A stretch of DNA of 64,000 bases from Paragordius varius (taxonomy: Eukaryota; Animalia; Nematomorpha): the NCBI GenBank assembly GCA_964247055.1, contig OZ176057.1:2542001-2606000 (forward strand), in the 5' to 3' direction. Below are positions 41,640 through 53,603 of this stretch, piece after piece; positions within the stretch are counted from its first letter, which is position 1, and each line of letters opens with the position of its first letter. Position numbers and translations under genes: made by a program. Under the pieces are notes generated by a model that did no database searches, was not told the DNA's origin, and saw only the letters and a program-made list of their open reading frames with translations.

Positions 41640-42000
41640 AAAGAATATAAAACGGCATTTAACAAAAATTAAATTTTGGCTTTAACATATCAAGCTTCCT
41701 ATAATTGCTACATAAAATTAACCGGAGGGCCAAAGTTGTTTATAAAGAATAAAATAGGACCAAGGGAATATTAAGGGAAAGTTTCTATCAAAACAAGTAA
41801 AATATAATGAACAGAAAGAAAGATATCAACAATATAAATAGCATTACAAATTTTTTATTCTAAATAACATTACAAACATGTTTTTTAGCTTCATTTCTCA
41901 TTTAATATTTTTAGATTTCATTTTAATTTTTAGTTTATATTTAAATTTTATTTTTACGTTTGACAAAGATTACTTGTAGTAATTGATTCACTTTAATAAA
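41640..42000 (+). mobile_element. Second Penelope-like remnant
   Basis: ILRESFYQNK*NIMNRKKDINNI, followed by the same TTTACGTTTGACAAAGATTACTTGTAG as at ~34567. Confidence 0.5.
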
Positions 42001-42444
42001 TTCATTTCAATTATAGAATTATAACCTCAATATTTATAAGATGATAACTTTCTCAAATAACTCTTAGGGATTAAAACCATGGCATCTTGAGAATTTTGTA
42101 ACATATATATATCAAAATACATATATTTCATCTGGATATAAATATTAATCCCCATATTTTGAGTCATAAATTGGTCTTAAAAACATTAATTAAACATAAA
42201 GTGAAATTTTACTAAATGATCCCATCCCCGACGCCCGTCATTATAATTAACTTTGTTATCCATACTGATTACATTATCTTCTCCAGATTTTATATTAAGG
42301 ATTCATAATATACCATTTGCAATTCAAATTCACCCTTAAACAATTCAAATTCACCCTCGAACAATTCTAATTCATCCACAAATAAAATATAAGTTTTTTA
42401 TGATAAAAACCTATATATTTATAAATTTTTAAAAAATAAAATTA

Positions 42445-43580
42445 CACTAGTCGACAAATTTGGACATTTTTTAGCACCACCACTCAAACTTTTTAAATTA
42501 TGACTAATTTCAGTGTTTTAAAATCGAATTTGAAAAAAATTTTGATCCCGCCAATCAGAATTTTTAAATTTTAAACGTTTTTCAATTTTTTAAAAACAAA
42601 AGAAAATCGAGAGAAAATTAAATATAACTTTATAATAAAATGTTATTATATTATAAACTTAATATCATTTAATAAAGCGTTTAAACTCTATCTTTTGAAT
42701 ATAAATATGTCATTTAAATATCAGAGATAAAAAAATAGTACGGACTTAAACGTCAAAATTTAGTCTTTTTTTTCAATTGAATTTTTAACACATATAAAAA
42801 ATTTTTAAAAAAATACTAAAAAAGGCATTCTATGGTTTATACCTTCGGCTTTCAGATAGGCTATATTTTTTTGTTAGATTTCGTTCTTTCGAGTACTTAT
42901 TAAGCTTTTTCTCTTGAGTTGGTTCTTATAAAAAATCCTTTATTTATACCTAGTGGATATACCTTATTTTTTTAAAATTATTGGTTGTTTTGTATTTTGA
43001 ATTTCAGATGGATGTTGTGTAGCCACTTTTAGTAGAATTTACTGTTATGGGGTTGGACCATTTGTATTTACCTAATTTATATTCAATTTAATTGTAGAAT
43101 TTATCTAACTTTATTCTGTAAATTGGTTAATTTGACATTCAATTTGCCACGATTTTGCTTGCAAGTCTCTCTTATCGGACTTTACGATTACTTATTGTTA
43201 TCTTTGCCATATCTGGCATAATTATAGGATCGCTTGGGGGATATGCAGAGCTTGTGCAGCCGCCCATATCTATCACACTATACATAAGCCCCTTTTAGAT
43301 TTTTAATACTTTGGCTCTTAGCTTGTTTAGTATCTTAATTAATGCCTAGAATTTTGTTATTCATGCATGGAATATTACTTGTATCGACTTGTTCGTTTGA
43401 ATATTTAAACATATATACACGAGGAATGATTGTTATATTTGAATTAAATACAAATTTAAAAATTAAATTTTGGAAAAATCCTATTGGTGGCCTCAATTTT
43501 CTTTTTTATTTTGGCCTTTCCATGCAATTAGGTATCAGAAAATGCAAAAATAATGGGGTGGTAAACCTTGTTGAGCAGTG
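42445..43580. mobile_element. 1136-bp CACT...AGTG element (CMC-type) inserted into a foldback MITE
   Basis: TTA|CACTAGTCGACAA...TTGTTGAGCAGTG|TTA, with a 3-bp TTA duplication. The flanks rejoin the MITE consensus. Confidence 0.6.
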
Positions 43581-44147
43581 TTATTTAAATTAAAATAATA
43601 TTGAAAAAATAATAAACTATGCCATAAAGATATATTAAATATTAATAATGAGTTATATTAGATCGAAAACATATAATTTCTTTTTAGGGTGAATTTGAAT
43701 TGTTCAAGAGAGAATTTGAATTGTTCGAGTGTGAATTTGAATTGTTCAAGGGTGAATTTGAATTGTTCAAGAGTGGATTTGACTTGTAAATGGATACGTT
43801 CAAAGTAACATATGTTAGTATTTTGGACACGTAATAAAAGCCAAAAGAATAATATTTATTCAAATATATACAAAATATTATTAAATATTGTATCATAAAA
43901 TTTAATAATAAAATTTTAATTGACTACCATAGTTCAAAAGAACCCTTTTTAAACAAAACTAACTCTACATTTCGACCCAAGATTATTTGACAAAGTATGA
44001 TTAGGTAACATTCATACTTATAAAAACAAAAGTTATTGTTAATTAAATTATGAAACATATATTTTAAATAATGGTTATAAATATCAAATATATTATCACA
44101 ATGGCAAACATTTCGCTTTGTAATTTTGACATTCATTAGAGCACATT

Positions 44148-46345
44148 TCATTGACTTAACATGTGATAGAGGTAAGCCCGCGGATTTTGGCCACCGTTAT
44201 AACCGTTGTGTTGATGATGGTGTGCTGTCCTATTTTTATACCGTATATTAGCGTAATATCCCATAACTAGGAAACAAAAAACGAAAATTGATGGGCACAA
44301 GGAACCCAAGATAATGTACAAGATTTGAAGTGTTGTGTTACGCTTATAGGGACGGATTGAGACATGAACTACGCATGAACTCAACAAAAATTTCTCCTCA
44401 ACTCCATCCGAATCGTAATCGCGTTGTTTGAAACAAAGAAACTTTCCAGAATCTTCGAGGGAAACGTTTGAAATATTAAGTGTAAGTCCATCAGACGAAA
44501 TATTTAACCTTGGTCGAACGGTTTGATCCAAAAACCGCCAATCAACCACTAATCCCTTGTGAGCTTTAATCTGTAATGCAAGCAACAAAAAGTACATTAA
44601 ATACCATTTACAATTCAAATTCACCTTCGAACAATTCAAATTTACCCTTAAAAATATTATATATTTTTTAAAGATTAAAATATACCTATATATTTATGTA
44701 TTTTTGAAAAATAATATTATGTTTAAAATAAATAAATATTGAAAAAATTATAAACTATGCCATCTAGATGTATTTCATATGAATAATGCGTTATATTAGT
44801 TAAAAAAGGTTGAATACGGTCAGGTATTATATTTTAACCATATATATTCTTCAAAAAGACTACTATTGTTAATAAAGTTGAGGATTTCATAACTTCGATT
44901 TCATTAACCCAATTCAAGTAAGCTAATAAATAGTTGATTATAGAAAAATGGTTAATTTAAAAGAACAGACTTATTCTTACTATTAAAGAACTAAAATTTT
45001 TTTATGGTGGGGGAATACTATTTACATCCAAAGTAGATGGTGTTTTTATCATCAAAATTATATATTCGCAAATTATATGAAAAAACATTTGAAAGTAATA
45101 ATAATCTTAAAAGTTAGTAATTTATTATTAAAGGTCGAGGAATTAAAGTTTATTAAAGAACTAAAAAACTTGGTCACCCCCCTTTTCCCAAGGACTGATA
45201 ATTTTTTCTAAATTTGACATAATCGCTTAGATAGTGTTACAAACCCAACCTTAACTATTCTAAACCATAGATTTTTATAATAAAGTATGCATATTAATGT
45301 TGGTCAATTCAATTATTTTAGGCTAATTTGCAATACAGTAGCGTATGGTATATAACAAATTTTGTCCCCAAAATTATTTAAAATTTATATTGTAGGATAG
45401 GAAAGGTCCGTAATCTCAACCATATGTTGTTTTTTACCCATACGCTAGTATTTTGCCAATCGGCCAAAAATAATGTAAATTGACTAACATTAATGGGCAT
45501 ATCATATATAATAAGAGGGTATAAACTTGATTCTTCTGTAAAGTTTTGTAATTTTTAGTGGTATTTCTGGTTACAGAAATTCGATCTTTTTTAAAACTTT
45601 TCAGCTTACTAAGATATCTATCAAAGTAGGATGTTTTAGTCAAATTCATATATTTATTATTATTACTGTTATTATAATAATTTAATATGTAGTTTAAAAT
45701 GTGCATTTTCTTTTCCGACAAAGCTTTCAAACTATCAGACTTGTTTACAGGCAAAAATAAATGATTGTACAGAGTTTGTGCACTCATGGTTATATTTGCA
45801 TTTTGAAAGATTTTATCTGTTTGACAAGTGCAGGTGGCCGTATCACCCACAAAAGTAAATACATTATGCCGAGGACTAGATAATAAATAGGCATCGAAAC
45901 ATTCCGATTCCCAGGATTTCAGAGCATTTTCATTCAGGATTCCGTAGTCTTTAAATTTAACACCAACGCGAAATAATTTGTCACAATCAAGTGAAACCTG
46001 ACCACCGTTTGTCGCATTGCTCATAAAATAAGGAATAGGAGGGAATAAAATGGAATGATTTGAATTTGAAGTGGAATTACTAATTATTGTTGTTTGCAAA
46101 ACTATTTTGTCCGCATTGTATATCTTTGGAGTTTGGATATCGTCATGAGAATTATTTTGTGGTGTTTTATTTGCTCCTTGTTTTTGGGCGGGAAAAGGAA
46201 TTTTGGTTTCATTTAGGGCGACGATAAAGGGATTAGAAATTATCAATATCATCATTACATTTTTTATTACTTTATATCTGAGGATAGTATTTAAATGTGT
46301 GGTAAAAATTTTTGATTTATAACTAAAATATATACGGGTTAACAT
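44148..46345 (-). CDS. Ig-domain type I membrane protein. Exons ~46345-45500 and 44570-44148; internal structure unresolved
   Basis: Last exon (after a TTACAG acceptor): RLNISSDGLTLNISNVSLEDSGKFLC (Ig F-strand DSGxYxC), then TM LQILYIILGSLCPSIFVFCFLVMGYYA and a basic stop-transfer RYKNR. The upstream ORF has Cys-containing ectodomain sequence (GDTATCTC). Confidence 0.68.
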
Positions 46346-47987
46346 TACCCTTCTTAATATACAATAGTAGTTAATTCATACAAAGCGTATCGAAATTGCC
46401 AACAATATTTTCATATAAACGATGAAAGATTTTACCATATTATATAGTTATTAATTATGTATTTTTGTGAAATATTTTTATGTCAAAATACAGCTTGGAG
46501 GTAATCTAAAATATTATTAATTTATATCTTATATTTCATTATTTATATTAACAAGTTACTATGTATAAATTTTACTAGTATTTATAGATATTTATGGTGA
46601 ATCTCATTTAAATGATTTATAGAAATTTAATTATAAAACTTTAGATATCAACATTTAAATAACCCTCCGCAAATTTTCAATACGCTATTTTTAGTTTCTA
46701 GTTGAGCCAAATTTGGTTGAAATATAATTTTTCTAATTCGGAGCTTTCATATGATTAATTTTAATTAAAAAAACTAATTTTAAGCAGCAAAATATAGATA
46801 ATTTTCCTTACATTATTTGTAAAATATTGGATATTTTTAAAACCAAGCGCGACTAAAATGCAAAATTAGATTTTTCGGATATAGTTTAAGGGGTATATAA
46901 TAAAATTTTTGTAAAAAACATGATAAACCCGTTCGGTACCTTACAAAAATGGCTGTTTTAAATAAATAATATTTGAAAATCTAGCAATATGTAGAAAGCT
47001 TGCTTTTACATTCTATTCCCCAAATCCTCCAAACTTCTAATTTTTGAATTTAAATTAAAATCCGGCGCCCTAAGTTTTTTTCTGGATTGATTTATCAATT
47101 TAATATTATGGAACAAAACTATAAATTTTTAAAACATACCCAAAATAAATTTATTTATTTGTAATTATCGCAATATTGAAATGCTTTTAGAATATATAGT
47201 TTAGTAATCAATAACACTGTGCAACAAAATATGGGTTGAATTTTCTGGACTCAATTTTCTAAATATTTTCTGATTCCTTATAGTATTGTGATCAGATTTG
47301 CGTAAAAAATTTTTTTACTTACCCAGCTCGTTTTCGAGATATGGGACTTTTTCCATATTTGGACATATCCAAAATTTTCTTGTTTGTAAATATTTTTCGC
47401 TATGTAAACAAATAATATGTGGCTTACATAAGTATTTTTACGAGAAATTACCAATTTATCTTCAAAATAAAACAAAAATTTACTCAAAATATCCAATACT
47501 TTTTGTTTTAGGGGGCAAAAACCCTCAAAAATTGGGTAACTTAACATTTTTTCACACAAATATTTTTTATCAATTTATTAAAACAAAACAAACTTTATTA
47601 TATGTTCTTGGATGTTAATAATGTTTGTTCAAATATAAATATCACTTTGTAAGAGCTTTGTGGACTTTTATTTTTAAAAATAAATTTAATTTTTACAGCT
47701 TTTTTGTTGATTTTTTTATGTAAAAAATGATTTAATTTTACTCAGCTGCATATAATATATTCTTTATTTCATATGATATTTTTAAATATTTCCCACACTT
47801 AAATATACTCCATATCAGTTTTTTCATCAAGAAATATTATTATATACCCAAAAGGTACAAAAAATATAATTACTACCCAAGTATATATATATATATATAT
47901 TTATAATTTTAGGATAGATAAAAATATTGTTTGCCATACTAATAGTATAAACATTACCACTTACATAAAAAACTATTTTTTTATATT

Positions 47988-48290
47988 ATGGCGAACCTAG
48001 ATTTGGGCCCCGAACACCGTTTTCGGACATGTAGCATTAGTTTAGGAGCATGGTACCACAAAACCGGACCTGGACTCCTTTGGGGTATCCCTATGTGGCG
48101 AGAGCCAAAATCTAATTCTGAATGTTTTTGTGCAGTTCCAAAACCATTTCTTATTAACATTACCAAAAAAAACAAAAAACGAATATCCAAACTTTTCCTG
48201 TGCAATTCGTCCTGTTTATCATTCCATTGACCTTCCCGTACCGTCATCTCCAACCATTTATATCGATTTATTTGATATGATGGATGATAC
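47988..48290 (+). pseudogene. Frameshifted transposase N-terminal remnant (Chapaev3-like)
   Basis: GIPMWREPKSNSECFC and, in the next frame, EYPNFSCAIRPVYHSIDLPVP match the recalled motif FGIPMVWREPxNHxxDCYFC...YPNxxSAIRPVPHxxxLPVP. Confidence 0.62.
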
Positions 48291-48834
48291 TGATTTGGAA
48301 TTTTATCATCAAGATAAAAAGGACACTAATAAATTAAGTGGCACTGAGGTAATATATCTAATCAAAAAATTGCATCTCAAAACGGTATTTTTAGAAAACC
48401 CTTCGAAAAAACCTATCGAAACAATATAAATTTAATTTGCGATTATATATATATATAAATAAATATATTATTATTTTATTTTTTCTACACCTAATTTACT
48501 TTATATAAAGTCTAGATTAGATTATCCGTGTCTTAACATCTGTCAAAATATATTCTAAATATTCACTCTAATAACTGATTATAATTTGGATTTGCATATA
48601 GTTTAATATATTATGATGAAATTATTTATTAATGGTATTATATTTTATTTAAACGTTTTTAATAAGATAAGGCATATCCAATTTTCTCTGCACAGTCGTC
48701 CATATTGAAAGCTAATCTATTAGCTGATGTGATATAGAAATTGTTGCGATTGGGTACTTTGTCATGTACCTGATCGATATTTTGTTTTTATAAGAAATGA
48801 AAGAAATCAATAAAATACTTTTATATGGCAGACG

Positions 48835-48940
48835 CCAAAATCGAATTGGTAAATAATTTTAAATACTTGGGCGATGTCATACATTGCCTAGGTAGAATAA
48901 ACCAATCAGTTAAATATAGATCCCAACAGGCTGGGGTAAA
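48835..48940 (+). mobile_element. Short LINE RT fragment nested inside the Chapaev-like element
   Basis: KIELVNNFKYLGDVIH matches the IExVxxFKYLG motif of non-LTR RT domain 7. Confidence 0.5.
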
Positions 48941-50234
48941 AAATCATTAACTTAAATTTATGTTTAAAAATAAACACATATCAGTAAAAAACAAAGGTTT
49001 GATTAGAGTTGTTGATAAGCGACAATAGTTTAAATTAAATGAAACGTTAACGACAAAAAACAATAATTACCGAAGAGACGATAACCCAAATAAAATTTAT
49101 AAGAATATATGGTTAAAATTATTAAAAATATAATTTAGTATAGGAGGGTGCTTTCCTTTGATTTCCCTGTGGCATACGTACTGTTCTAAACAACTGAATT
49201 ATGGGTGATTACACTTTAATTAAAAAAGAATTCATTTCTGAGTATCGTAAAACTCATCAGGGTAATAAGCTTCTTTAGATTGCACTCTTGACAAAGAGGG
49301 AATCATCCAATCCCTAAAGTATATATATATAGAATGTATTTGATGGTATCAAGGTGTGTTCTTCTCTTATCCAAAAGGCAAAAGATTTTTCCGATTCAGA
49401 ATTCAATTACAAATTTATATAAGAATCATTGTCCATTTCATATTATTTTAAAATATTTAAAAATGAAGCAAACGAATCAACATATCTGAGACCATATATG
49501 GTCAAAATTTAAAAATTTTAGATGAAAAAATGAAATTAGTATTTACAGCTGAGTAAATTTAATCATTTTTTACGTAAAAAAAGCAACAAAAAAGCTGTAA
49601 AAATTAAATTTATTTTTAAAAATAAAAGTCCACAAAGCTATTACAAAGTGATATTTATATTTAAACAAACATTATTAACATTCAAGAACATATAATAAAG
49701 TTTGTTTTGATTTAATAAATTGGTAAAAAATATTTGTGTGAAAAAATGTTAAGTTACCCAATTTTTGAGGGTTTTTGCCCCCTAAAACAAAAAGTATTGG
49801 ATATTTTGAGTAAATTTTTTCTTTATTTTGAAGTTAAATTGGTAATTTCTTGTAAAAATACTTATGTAAGCCACATATTATTTGTTTACATAGCGAAAAA
49901 TATTTACAAACAAGAAAATTTTGGATATGTCCAAATATGAAAAAAGTCCCATATCTCGAAAACGAGCTGGGTAAGTAAAAAAATTTTTTACCCAAATCTG
50001 ATCACAATACTATAAGGAATACGAAAATATTTAGAAAATCGAGTCCAGAAAAAGTTGTGTCACAGTGTAATTTATCATGTTTTGTGTCAAAATAAAAAAA
50101 TGTAACCCCATATATATATATCGGTTTTTTAATTTTAAAAAGAAACTTTATAAAAGCTAAAAAAAAATAAACACTTGAATAAAATATTTATTTTAAATAT
50201 ATATGACAAAATATAATTATTTATCACAATTAAA

Positions 50235-50675
50235 TCAAATTTTGTCTTTTATATTAAATGAAACTCCACATGAACACCCACTTTGTGCATTTGGATTATT
50301 TACAATGCGGAAAGCAGATCGAATTAACTCATCTTGATAATCCAAAGTTGAATTTTCTAAATACTGAAGCGAAAGTTCGTCTATTACAACTTTTGCACCT
50401 TGTTTTGTTATGACTCTAAAAATAAAAGTATATTGATAACATAAAATACTTGTCATCGGAATTAACGGAGGAATCAAGTTCAAATTTGTATTGGAAACCT
50501 GAGCAACCCCCACCATCAACAATGATGCGCAAAAATTTGCCCTGTTCTAATTCTAAAATTTTCTAATCTATAAACAAATTATAACTTTAATTGCGGTGTC
50601 TGATATATTGATGGTTGAAAGTTTGTTAACATAAGTTTTAACCAAATGGAATATAGAATTTTTGGAGAATATCAT
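50235..50675 (-). CDS. ISCA2: Iron-sulfur cluster assembly protein ISCA2, 127 aa. Exons 50675-50586, 50562-50450, 50415-50235
   Basis: Spliced product: INISDTAIK^[27 protein letters not shown]...DD^[17 protein letters not shown]...[25 protein letters not shown]. Contains the HesB-family GGGCSG and CSCG motifs; NNPxAQxGCSCG is ISCA2-like. Introns are 23 and 34 nt. Confidence 0.93.
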
Positions 50676-51728
50676 TAAAATGTACGTATTTTTGAGATTT
50701 CATTGAAGGCGTAGAACTAAGTTGTATTTAGTACCAAATGTCCATAAAGACATAAATCAATACGGGTTTAAATCTTTATCTTATGCATACGAAGAAAAAA
50801 ATATTATGATATATATAAAATATTTAATAGGACTCATTTTGTAATTCGATGCAAACTAGAATTACTGATTCCTGCATATTTGTATTGTAATACAAAATAT
50901 ATTTTCAATATTTTATGGGCCATGCATAGCTTATACGCACCATAAAACTATTTCTTAAAATTAATATATCAAATAAAAAATTTAGAGGATATTATTTACA
51001 CTGCCTCCCAAATCGGGATGATTAAATATATACACTGCGTCCAAAATCGGGGGTATAAAAAACCATGGTGCCTTTGGTTTTGGCCCTTACGAGTGATTTA
51101 AGAAAGTTATTTTTCACTTTTGTTTTAAGTGCTCCATAATCAGAATGGCAAAATTTGTGCATATTTATTGATTAATTTTTTTTGGTGAAATCTAGCGGCT
51201 ATTTCCAATAATTCTTAAATATATTATAACATATTTTAAAAAAAATAGATGTGGGCTCCGAAAGTACCAATTTTTTCATTCTTTTAAATAGGCTAGATCT
51301 CTTGAAAAACGCGAAAAGGCCGAGATTTGCGATAAAATTTTTGATAATATGCTAAATTTTAATATCAATTAAAAATATTTTTTTTAAAATGCATATTTTT
51401 ATTATTTTTAAGCAAATTTTTTATGCTGTTTTGAGTGATGATGAAAACAGTTAAACGCCTTGAAAATTCATAAAACACTATTCTTAATATTTTGATGATG
51501 CTGAACATTTTCTTCCCCTTAGAATTTCGATAATATTTCCTTTCAATATATATTAGATCAATATTGGGTTTTTAAAAAAACACCAAAATTTTAAGCAACA
51601 CACCTTAAAAAATGTCTAAGCGATAGAAATTTTGCCATTATCGATTATACAGTAATAGTGTTTTTAAATATTTTAACACGTTTAAAACAGTTTCTATCAT
51701 GACTTAAAATAGTATGAAGTACGCTTAA

Positions 51729-52264
51729 CTCTTGAATACACACATTCATTTCAGTCCTTCGATTCAAATTGGGGAGTTGCCCAGGCCCTTTAAAATTAAA
51801 TTAAAAAAATACGGAATGAATTGAAACAATGGCAAAAATTTGCACATATATAACATTAATGTACCTAAATCTAAAAAAAATCAAATACTTTATAATACTT
51901 ATTTTAAGGTAAAACTCAAGATAAAAATGTGGTCAACATGACATGTGTGCATTAGCAAAATTTTAAAATAATGCAAAATAAACCACTATTTCTATTTCTA
52001 TCAATGTTTGGTTTTAAATGAAAATTTAGCCTCCATTTTAGCTTAAACAAATAAACACGATATTTTGCAAAAATGTTGTAAAATAAAAAATGGCGTCGTA
52101 GTAGTTTGATATAGAATTTTTTTTTCAAAACCAAATTCTATATAAAAATTTGGCTTATATATATACTTTTTATTAGGATAGAAGCACAAATTTTAGTTGA
52201 GACCGTTTGTGTCAGTAGTTTTTAATATAATCTGGTGTATTTTACCCAAATTTGAATCCAAGTG
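51729..52264. mobile_element. MITE family C copy. Others at ~15504-16050, 16310-16883 (inverted), ~17440-17618 (partial) and ~39620-40160
   Basis: TTAA|CTCTTG...CAAGTG|TTAA with the same internal sequence as 10939-11464. Confidence 0.72.
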
Positions 52265-52603
52265 TTAAACAAAATTTATCTAAAATCTATTGAAAATATT
52301 ATGCATTTTTAGAAAGCATTTTTAGTTGATATCAAAATTTAGCATATAGTACAATATTTAACCCACAACCGGCTTTTCCTAATAGCTTATTTTAAAAGAG
52401 CAAAAAAATGGGACTTTTAAAGCCCGCATAGTAAAATTAGTTTTTTTTAAAATATCGTTTTGCTTTTTATATATAGTTTATGATATATTTTAGCGATATT
52501 TTCTGGAATGAAGCCTCTAGATTCAGAAAAAAATTATTTATTATGCTTAATTTTATCATTTTCTGATATGGATTTACCAGAAAAGTGTAAATAACTTTCT
52601 TTA

Positions 52604-53603
52604 ACTAATTAAATCCATATACTCCAACTCCTACCTATCACTTAACACCCCGCATGGCCCAACCTCTTGGAGCCCAATGAACATAGGTCTGCGTCAAGGC
52701 TGCATTTTATCCCCCATGTTGTTCAACATATATTTGGAATGTATCATGAGGGATCTAAATCTGCCAGGAATAAAAGTAGGGGGTCACACTCTGACGACTC
52801 TCCACTACGCAGACGACACGGTTATCTTAGCAAATTCACAAACAAACCTCGAAAACAGTCTCCAAACTTTTATAAATGTGTGCAAAAAATACAATCTTAC
52901 ATTAAACCTCAACAAAACTAAAATTTTACATATCAACTCCCCTCATTCCTATGACTCGCTTCGGATTAATGGCGAAACAATTCAAGTAGTCAACGAATAC
53001 ACATACCTTGGAAGCATAATCAACAACTTAAGCTCCAGTTCCCAAGAAATAAGAAGACGCATAGCTATCGCCAAATGCGCTCTATCCTCACACTACAAAT
53101 TATGGAAATCTCATGACATAACCCTTAAAACAAAAATCCGACTAGTAAATGCATTAATCTTTCCTATCATGTTATACGGGTGTGAAAGCTGGACTATCAA
53201 AAGTGAAGACGAAAAAAGAATAAACGCGTTTGAAATGTTTTGCTGGAGAAAGATACTTGGTATAACATGGAAGGACAAAATAAAGAATATCGACATTGTA
53301 AATAAAATTAACGCACAAACAACGCTTCGGGGTAAAATAATAAAACAAAAATTCGGTTACTTTGGACACATTATTCGGGGCAATTCTTTGGAAAAGGATA
53401 TTATGTTAGGAAAAGTAAATGGTAAGAGAGGAAGAGGCCGCAGACGTATTCGCTGGGTAGACGAAATCTTATCACTTTCCAAATTGTCACTGCAAAAACT
53501 ATCTCAAAAAGGTCACGACAGAACCGAATGGAGGAAGTTTTCCTACAAAATCGCTAATGGTCGATAACCGACTACAAGCTCAACAACAACAACAACAACA
53601 ACA
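52604..53603 (+). mobile_element. 5'-truncated RTE-clade non-LTR retrotransposon with an uninterrupted RT C-terminal frame and an (AAC)n tail
   Basis: IGLRQGCILSPMLFN, LHYADD, YTYLG, MLYGCESWT, FEMFCWRKIL, GHIIR...EKDIMLGK..G.RGRGR..RW. The frame extends upstream to ~52604 (LIKSIYSN...TPHGPT). The (AAC) tail at 53581-53603 follows the stop. Confidence 0.92.

Larger units (their letters stand above)
47215..50067 (+). mobile_element. Chapaev-like (CMC superfamily) DNA transposon, non-autonomous, 2853 bp
   Basis: Termini TAA|CACTGTG...CACAGTG|TAA (3-bp TAA TSD). Imperfect TIRs of ~550 bp (ORFs 47278-47559 and 49734-49940 are near-identical inverted copies). An internal transposase remnant is present. 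Confidence 0.82.

Noticed and set aside
43684-43896. ORF ending in LNNSNSP repeats (similar tails on ORFs 7050, 6724 and 44639)
   Set aside because: This is a translation of the 21-bp MITE unit.
47278-47618. ORFs 47278-47559, 47298-47618 and 49734-49940 as genes
   Set aside because: They lie within the inverted TIRs of the transposon and show no protein motifs.
47981-48253. Minus-strand 90-aa ORF (MEMTVREGQW...)
   Set aside because: It is antisense to the transposase remnant, which carries the recognisable motifs.
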